Source: an uncultured Candidatus Saccharibacteria bacterium
GTDB lineage: Bacteria > Patescibacteriota > JACPGU01 > CAZICA01
Length of the DNA: 40,823 bases
Direction: 5' to 3'
NCBI GenBank assembly: GCA_964537705.1
Contig: CAZICA010000005.1
Span: 1 to 40,823, forward strand
Each line of letters opens with the position of its first letter. Position 1 is the stretch's first letter. Both the position numbers and the translations under genes were made by a program. Shown in pieces: positions 38,285-40,823 of the stretch. The notes beneath the pieces were generated by a model that saw only the letters and a program-made list of their open reading frames with translations, ran no database searches and was not told the DNA's origin.

Positions 38285-38301
38285 TTTTCTAAATTAAAAA
38301 T

Positions 38302-38374
38302 CGCCCCCAGCGGGATTCGAACCCACGTTACCAGACTGAAAACCTGGTGTCCTAGTCCACTAGACGATGGGGGC
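38302..38374 (-). tRNA. tRNA-Glu (anticodon UUC)
   Basis: Folded by hand from the reverse strand: acceptor GCCCCCA/TGGGGGC, D arm GTCT-AGTGGACTA-GGAC, anticodon arm CCAGG-TTTTCAG-TCTGG, T arm GTGGG-TTCGAAT-CCCGC. No encoded CCA. Confidence 0.9.
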
Positions 38375-38399
38375 CTTTTAAAATATTTTATCATAAAAT

Positions 38400-40172
38400 T
38401 TACCATCCGCCAATAAGAACTACAGACCCAGAAATTGTGTTTCCTGCCAAATCTTTTAAAGTGGTAGGAGTAATCACATCCCCAATCTCAACTGAGGCGC
38501 TCTCATCAGCAAGGGTAAGTAAAAGAGTTTTTCTGTCAAGCCAAACAATCTCCTTTATTTCTCCTTTTTCATTAAGCCAGGAATGAGCCGATGTTAAGGC
38601 AAAAATGGAATTTATATTTGAAGAATCAATATTTATTTGATCCATTGGTTCAGAAAATACAAAAACCACTTTATCTCCTTCCTCTTTAATTCCAGCGTAG
38701 AGCCCTCCATTTGAAGCAATTGCCTGAATAATCTTAGGTGCTACTGAATCTAAAGAAAATTTCCAACTCTTGAAAAATTTGTTCCCTGCTCTGTCATAAC
38801 CTTTTACTTCGATCTCGTGCTCTCCATCTGGTAAGGAATTAAGCGGGGTAAAAGTAAATCCATCTTCAGTAATCTCCGCTTTCTCTGTCACTTCTTCTCC
38901 ATCTAAAAATATCTGAACCAAATCAGGATCTACTGAAGAAATAGTTTCTTTATGAGAAGCATAGGATTTATCTTTAAATTTGGCAGAAATAGTTGGCATA
39001 GGTTCAGCAATTAGTTCTTCGGGAGTTGGAAAGAAATCTGTCACTTCAGGAGGAACACCATCTATTGCTCTTGCCGCATCCACTAACCCTGCTCCTTCTT
39101 TTTCCCTTTCAAGACCAATATTTTCTGCTGTGGAGGAAAGAATTTCTTTTATCTGATCTGGATTAGCATGGGATCTTAAATATAATAAAAGCGCAACCGT
39201 TCCAGTAACATGAGCACTTGCAAGTGAACTGCCAGAGAAATTTCGATGTCCCCCTCCTAAAAATGTAGAAGAAATATCAACACCTGGGGCAGCGAAATCT
39301 ATCTCGGGTCCAAAATTGGAAAAAAGAGCAAGTTGATCATTTTTATCAGTGGCAGTAATAGCAAAAACTTCTGGATAGCGGGCAGGAAAATCAACTTCAT
39401 TTTTTCCTTTATTTCCTGCTGGAGCTACAATTACAATTCCTTGAGCATAGGTTTTTAAAATAGCCTCTCTGAAAGATTGATTATCTATTTCTGAACCAAA
39501 ACCAATATTAATCACTTGAATTTTATTTTGAATGCACCATTCAAGACCCAAAATCACATCTGATAGATAACCTTTTCCTTTATCTAAAACTTTCACCGAA
39601 TAAAGTTCTACTTCTGGGGCGATTTCTTTAATTATCCCTGCAATAAAAGTTCCATGCCCAATATCATCTTCAAAACTAACCCCATTTGATGAAAAACCTC
39701 CTTTAATATTGTCTTTAATTTCCGGATGATCTAAATCTATTCCTGTATCCAAAACTGCAACTCTAATTCCTTTTCCTTTATTAACTTGCCAAGCAAGATC
39801 GGCATCAATTCTATCTACTCCCCAAGAAACAGAAGGAATCGAAGATTGAGAAGTTGGAAGAATTAAAGTTTCAACAGGTATATCATCATCTACTCTCAGA
39901 ATCTCTGAATATCTAGAGATAACTTCAATAGATTTTTCAGAAGGAAGTTTTACAGCAAAACCATTTATTAAAGAAAGATCTTTTAAAATCTCTGTTCTAG
40001 CTTGCTTTAAAATTTTCTGAGAAAGTTCTTTTGGGGTCCCTGATCGAAATACAATTATTTTTCTAATTCCACCTTCTTTTGGGGAGCTGAAAGTGAAAGA
40101 AAAAGCACGAAAAAGCAAGAAGGAAGAAATTCCTATTAAAATCAAACTAAATAAAATCCATAATTTTCTCAT
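38400..40172 (-). CDS. Secreted subtilisin-like serine protease (peptidase S8) with propeptide and C-terminal beta-sandwich domains
   Basis: Catalytic triad contexts VAVLDTGIDLDHPE, HGTFIAGII and SGSSLASAHVTG. Signal peptide MRKLWILFSLILIGISSFLLF. Start set at the ATG at 40170..40172, because the ORF-track N-terminus (to 40205) runs into tRNA-Lys. Confidence 0.88.
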   Translation of the reverse strand: MRKLWILFSLILIGISSFLLFRAFSFTFSSPKEGGIRKIIVFRSGTPKELSQKILKQARTEILKDLSLINGFAVKLPSEKSIEVISRYSEILRVDDDIPVETLILPTSQSSIPSVSWGVDRIDADLAWQVNKGKGIRVAVLDTGIDLDHPEIKDNIKGGFSSNGVSFEDDIGHGTFIAGIIKEIAPEVELYSVKVLDKGKGYLSDVILGLEWCIQNKIQVINIGFGSEIDNQSFREAILKTYAQGIVIVAPAGNKGKNEVDFPARYPEVFAITATDKNDQLALFSNFGPEIDFAAPGVDISSTFLGGGHRNFSGSSLASAHVTGTVALLLYLRSHANPDQIKEILSSTAENIGLEREKEGAGLVDAARAIDGVPPEVTDFFPTPEELIAEPMPTISAKFKDKSYASHKETISSVDPDLVQIFLDGEEVTEKAEITEDGFTFTPLNSLPDGEHEIEVKGYDRAGNKFFKSWKFSLDSVAPKIIQAIASNGGLYAGIKEEGDKVVFVFSEPMDQINIDSSNINSIFALTSAHSWLNEKGEIKEIVWLDRKTLLLTLADESASVEIGDVITPTTLKDLAGNTISGSVVLIGGW

Positions 40173-40175
40173 AAA

Positions 40176-40248
40176 AGGGCCATCTGGGACTCGAACCCAG
40201 GACACCCTGCTTAAGAGGCAGGTGCTCTACCAACTGAGCTAATGGCCC
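40176..40248 (-). tRNA. tRNA-Lys (anticodon CUU)
   Basis: Hand fold: acceptor GGGCCAT/ATGGCCC, D arm GCTC-AGTTGGTA-GAGC, anticodon arm CCTGC-CTCTTAA-GCAGG, T arm CTGGG-TTCGAGT-CCCAG. No CCA. Confidence 0.9.
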
Positions 40249-40257
40249 AGTTTTCTC

Positions 40258-40329
40258 CGTCCCCGGAGGGATTCGAACCCCCAACGCGTGGTCCGAAGCC
40301 ACGTATGATATCCATTTCACCACGGGGAC
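40258..40329 (-). tRNA. tRNA-Arg (anticodon UCG)
   Basis: Hand fold: acceptor GTCCCCG/CGGGGAC, anticodon arm CGTGG-CTTCGGA-CCACG, T arm GGGGG-TTCGAAT-CCCTC. No CCA. Confidence 0.85.
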
Positions 40330-40331
40330 AG

Positions 40332-40403
40332 GGTGGCCAAAGGGAATCGAACCCTTGTCGCCGGGGCCACAACCCGGTGCTTTACCACTAAGCTATGGCC
40401 ACC
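40332..40403 (-). tRNA. tRNA-His (anticodon GUG) with encoded G-1
   Basis: Hand fold: G-1 plus acceptor GTGGCCA/TGGCCAC, discriminator C opposite G-1, anticodon arm CCGGG-TTGTGGC-CCCGG, T arm AAGGG-TTCGATT-CCCTT. Confidence 0.88.
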
Positions 40404-40406
40404 ACG

Positions 40407-40480
40407 CGCCCCTGGCGTGATTCGAACACGCAACCTCCTCCTTAGAAGGGAGTTGCTCTATCCAGTTGAGCTACAGGGGC
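40407..40480 (-). tRNA. tRNA-Arg (anticodon UCU)
   Basis: Hand fold: acceptor GCCCCTG/CAGGGGC, D arm GCTC-AACTGGATA-GAGC, anticodon arm ACTCC-CTTCTAA-GGAGG (one 27:43 mismatch), T arm GCGTG-TTCGAAT-CACGC. Confidence 0.85.
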
Positions 40481-40483
40481 CCA

Positions 40484-40554
40484 AGCGGGATACGGGAATC
40501 GAACCCGTGTCTCCACCTTGGAAGGGTGGTGTTGAACCACTCAACTAATCCCGC
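40484..40554 (-). tRNA. tRNA-Gly (anticodon UCC)
   Basis: Hand fold: acceptor GCGGGAT/ATCCCGC, anticodon arm CCACC-CTTCCAA-GGTGG, T arm ACGGG-TTCGATT-CCCGT. Confidence 0.88.
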
Positions 40555-40560
40555 AAATAA

Positions 40561-40634
40561 CGGACCCGACCGGATTCGAACCGGCGATCTTCGCCGTGAC
40601 AGGGCGACGTGTTAGTCCGCTACACCACGGGTCC
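40561..40634 (-). tRNA. tRNA-Asp (anticodon GUC)
   Basis: Hand fold: acceptor GGACCCG/CGGGTCC, anticodon arm TCGCC-CTGTCAC-GGCGA, T arm GCCGG-TTCGAAT-CCGGT. Confidence 0.88.
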
Positions 40635-40639
40635 TTGAA

Positions 40640-40714
40640 TCGGGGAGACAGGATTCGAACCTGCGACCTCAGCGTCCCAAACGCCGCGCTCTAGCCAGGC
40701 TGAGCTACTCCCCG
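40640..40714 (-). tRNA. tRNA-Pro (anticodon UGG)
   Basis: Hand fold: acceptor CGGGGAG/CTCCCCG, D arm GCTC-AGCCTGGCTA-GAGC, anticodon arm CGGCG-TTTGGGA-CGCTG, T arm GCAGG-TTCGAAT-CCTGT. Confidence 0.9.
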
Positions 40715-40727
40715 ATTTCCTTGATAA

Positions 40728-40755
40728 ATTATATCAAACTCATTAAAAAAATCAA
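40728..40755 (-). promoter_or_regulatory. Candidate sigma70-type promoter of the tRNA array
   Basis: On the minus strand: TTGATT (40755..40750), a 16-nt spacer, then extended -10 TGATATAAT (40736..40728). The -10 element ends 13 nt before the tRNA-Pro 5' end. Confidence 0.5.
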
Positions 40756-40789
40756 TATTTGAGAAATTGTCAAATTAAAATTAAAGTGA

Positions 40790-40823
40790 AAAGCGTAAAA
40801 TTAAAAATTAGTTTTTCGTTTTT
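40790..40823. repeat. Second copy of the repeat-block core (truncated by the window edge)
   Basis: AAAGCGTAAAATTAAAAATTAGTTTTT (40790..40816) is identical to 8984..9010. It is followed by CGTTTTT, a heptamer that also occurs at 9045..9051 in the first locus. Confidence 0.85.

Noticed and set aside
40173-40205. N-terminal extension (MSWVRVPDGPF) of the S8 protease ORF
   Set aside because: These codons lie inside tRNA-Lys. The signal peptide starts at the internal Met (ATG at 40170..40172).
40333-40548. 71-aa plus-strand ORF across the tRNA array
   Set aside because: It is the antisense reading of the tRNA-His, Arg and Gly genes. Its high G+C content comes from the tRNAs, so it is not a coding signal.
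38285-40823. tRNA-flanked region as a genomic island or integrated mobile element
   Set aside because: There is no integrase, transposase, or direct repeat of a tRNA 3' end. The genes present (protease, hydrolase, GT2) are ordinary envelope functions.

Overview
This is an AT-rich bacterial chromosomal segment. All coding genes I call except one membrane-protein gene lie on the minus strand, as do all eight tRNAs. TGA is used as a stop codon (for example at 3..5 and 32118..32120), so this is the standard bacterial code, not a UGA-recoded lineage.

In plus-strand coordinates the window has four parts:
- (a) 3-7579: housekeeping genes, namely a LysM wall-binding protein, glyQS, alr, recO, an archaeal-type fructose-1,6-bisphosphate aldolase/phosphatase, mutM and a charged unknown.
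- (b) 7617-14295: a dense DNA-repair cluster. It holds an EndoQ-like PHP nuclease, a stand-alone LigD-type 3'-phosphoesterase, a 7-blade WD40-like propeller, DUF72, an archaeal/eukaryotic-type FEN1, an unknown 207-aa protein, a stand-alone LigD-type polymerase/primase and a HIT hydrolase. No Ku or ATP-dependent ligase is visible. This is the best candidate here for an undescribed system.
- (c) 15355-35859: rarA, rbfA, and then an almost complete L13-S9, alpha, spc, S10 and str (fusA-tuf) ribosomal super-operon. rpmJ was found by hand. There is no L30 gene, and several ribosomal proteins carry Lys/Glu-rich extensions. These features fit a small-genome uncultivated lineage such as CPR/Patescibacteria.
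- (d) 35939-40823: rsmA, a GT2 glycosyltransferase, a class-A beta-lactamase-like hydrolase, tRNA-Glu, a secreted S8 protease, and a very tightly packed 7-tRNA array with a good sigma70-like promoter.

Non-coding points of interest:
- A heptanucleotide tandem-repeat block at 8951-9079, whose 27-nt core recurs at the right window edge.
- Mutually exclusive GC-rich hairpins in an unusually long S10-L3 spacer.
- Coding genes that start 3 nt and 17 nt after tRNA 3' ends.

No rRNA, CRISPR array, transposase or integrase was seen. All calls rest on reading the translated ORFs and the DNA by eye. No database search was run.
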